Below are positions 41,718 through 44,087 of a stretch of DNA of 44,087 nucleotides, in pieces. Under the pieces are notes generated by a model, which worked only from the letters and a program-made list of their open reading frames with translations, made no database searches and was not told the origin of the DNA. Made by a program: the position numbers and the translations under genes. The stretch comes from Macrostomum lignano (lineage: Eukaryota). The first letter of the stretch is position 1; each line of letters opens with the position of its first letter. Location of the stretch: NCBI GenBank assembly GCA_002269645.1, contig NIVC01004498.1, positions 1 to 44,087 of the forward strand. The letters are read 5' to 3'.

Positions 41718-42580
41718 TGTAGAGTGTTCTACCTCCCGTTAAAAAAGGAAAAAGAAGATAATCGTATAATACTACTATAAGTAAGTAAGTACACGCATGT
41801 GCGCCTAAGCTTTGAATGAATCACGCTACCAGAAAAAGATGTTACCAGAATAATACGCCATGAGCCATTTTCCCCTTTTAGCGCAACACGTGAATTGTCA
41901 TGATACTATTTTGGATCAAAAACTTGTCTATAAATACAAGCGATCTGAAGCGGTACCGGAGCCATTCTCCCCACGGAAGAGGAGCGCTCCGAAGAGGAAG
42001 CCTTAGGAGGACTTCCTGATCTACCAAGTCAATCGAGACTCGGTCGAGTTGTTGCGGTAAGCCTTCCTTATTTGCGCCCGTTGTGTTAGAGACGTCTCGC
42101 TCAAGTCTATTGAGACTTGAGTCTAATTGAGTCTGTTGAGACTCTTGAGTCTGTTTAGACTCCATTGGTTGCAGTCTCCAGAAGGACTGCCCCTGATAGA
42201 TCTTAGAGGACTATCAGTGGTTTCCGGAGCTATACCTAGAGTGCATAGAGGCACTGCTAGAAGAAGGAGGCTTAATTTAGACCGCAGTTTGGCGCAGGGT
42301 ACCCATTGTTGCTACGAGGCCTCTGATTGGTCCTGACGGAAGATACCGGCCGGAAGAACTTATCGGAAGTACAAGAGGAACCAGGACCAGAGCAACTGAA
42401 GAATCAAGGCGCCTGATCTACGAGATCTACTGACAAGTTCCTAGCGAGAACTACTCAAGAAATTCAAATCCGGATTAAAGGTAATTGAATACCTTCGTTT
42501 GACTTACTGGGTTGCCTAGCTGTTGAGCTAGAAGTGATTGTTCCTTGATTATCGAAAGTCGGGTAATAAGGAACACATCA
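41718..42580 (+). repeat. 3' LTR (863 bp)
   Basis: About 4 differences from the 5' LTR seen by eye. Confidence 0.97.
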
Positions 42581-42954
42581 ATATGCGCATATAAAGTATA
42601 TTTCATTTCACACACATTGGCCATAGACACTGCTTCTATTAACCCTGCGTTCTAAAGCTAATATAAGGAGAGCAAATATAAAGGAAATGAATGTTAACAT
42701 CGGCATGGCAAGAGCCCGCTACCAAGCTTGAGATTACTAACTATAATTCACCTAGACTTTGAGTTGGTAACGGAAGTTGGATGTAACACTGTATGAGCAC
42801 TGCCAAAGGGTGATTGATATTGGGGGATTCTATGTTGTTGAGTGGTATAGTTTTCTTCATTAGCGATTGCAAGTTTGTCTGCTTTCACATCAGTGACATT
42901 ACTTATGACACACGCGAAGTAATAGATATTCCCCTCAAATAGAAAATATTTTTA

Positions 42955-43290
42955 AGACAACAAGCACCCCCAATGAAAAGTAAGCAATTGCAGATAGCAA
43001 GCATCCCTTAATACTTGTAGCAAGCATCCATCCAGATAGCAAGCATCATCCCAGATAGCAAGCATCTGCAAATAGCAAGCATCCCCAAGATAGAAGCATC
43101 CACCCAGGTAGCAAGCATCCTGTAGATAATAAGAATCCCTAAATAACAAGCATCCTTAGATAGAAAGAATCCCATACATGTTAGCCAGTACCCCCTCTCT
43201 CAAATAGCAAGTACCCCATCTCTCAAATAGCAAGTACCCCCTTGAGAGCAAGCATCCCCCAGAAAGCAAGCATCCACCAGACAGCAAATA
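42955..43290. repeat. Degenerate AGATAGCAAGCATCC-type minisatellite
   Basis: Recurring TAGCAAGCATCC core at roughly 17-20 bp spacing. Confidence 0.8.
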
Positions 43291-44087
43291 GCTAGTGCAA
43301 ATGTTACCTCCACTAATGTGATAATTGCTTTCTCAGGTTGTGTAACAATCTACGTTTTAGCTAGCACAACAATCTCTTTTTGACAGTGCAATAATTAGTT
43401 TCTCAGCTAGTTAAATAATCATTTTCTCATTTAGTACAATAATCCTTTGCTAATCAAGTCCAAAATCAATGTCTCAGCTAGTGCAAAAGCCCTTTCTAAT
43501 TTAGTGCAACAATCCTTGGCTTATCAAGTGCAATAATCCTTGGTGTATCAAGTGCCATAATCTAGGTCTGCTTAATTAGTCTTTTAATAAAATCTTTCAA
43601 TAAAAAAATTATGCTAGGGCCTATTTTTATTTTTTACACTACTAAGATTTGACCTAGGTCACTGCATTAGCAGTCCAGCGTGTTTATATCTAGGTTAGCT
43701 CTTATTAAATTTATAAATTAATTTGTAGCACTTATAATTCCATACTAACACTAAGTCAATTGAGTAAAAGTCACAGAGGAGTTATGACATAATCAATTTC
43801 TTTAGGCAAGTTAGTACCAGTTTCTATTTTCTATTAAAGTTAGCAGTGTGAGTGTGGTTACACAATATAAATCAAGAATTGTACTATGCTTCCACACTGC
43901 ATTTTCAATACTGTGATACAGTTAGGGGTCCCAATTCTGAGATCCAGCTTTTTGTTAGTGATCGAGATCCTAGCATTAATAGTCTGGGATCCCAGTAAAC
44001 ATGGATTGGAATTTACACTTTGCAAAAGTGAATATTTTTTGTCTTGCAGTTAGCACTTAAATAGTTTTGAGAGGATTTTTGCATCCT

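Larger units (their letters stand above)
31973..42580 (+). mobile_element. Full-length envelope-bearing Ty3/gypsy LTR retrotransposon (10.6 kb)
   Basis: TG...CA LTRs, 4-bp TSD ATAT (31969-31972 and 42581-42584), PBS, PPT, and PR-RT-RH-IN domain order. Confidence 0.98.

Overview
Eukaryotic (metazoan) genomic window. The minisatellite-packed introns, GC-rich exons and AG acceptors just upstream of start codons suggest a free-living flatworm such as Macrostomum (inference). The left 28 kb holds six spliced host genes, all on the minus strand: three tandem PM20D2-like M20 dipeptidases, UFSP2, a C-terminally extended COX5B and a divergent CTC1-like gene. They are interleaved with many unrelated minisatellites, a deleted Tc1-like element, MITE-like repeats and a CORE-type SINE. 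The 28.3-32 kb stretch is a CpG-depleted region with two decayed mariners. A young full-length Ty3/gypsy LTR element (31973-42580, near-identical 864/863-bp LTRs, ATAT TSD) sits at the end of the second mariner. This element is the main discovery candidate. It encodes Gag, then an internal signal peptide, a herpes-gB-like class III envelope and a TM helix, then PR-RT-RH-IN, apparently as one ancestral gag-env-pol polyprotein now broken by one stop and one frameshift. Three ESCRT late-domain-like motifs cluster in the Env cytoplasmic tail. A separate 3' accessory gene encodes a predicted N-myristoylated tandem-RING protein reminiscent of the arenavirus Z matrix protein. All homology calls are by-eye motif comparisons; no searches were run.
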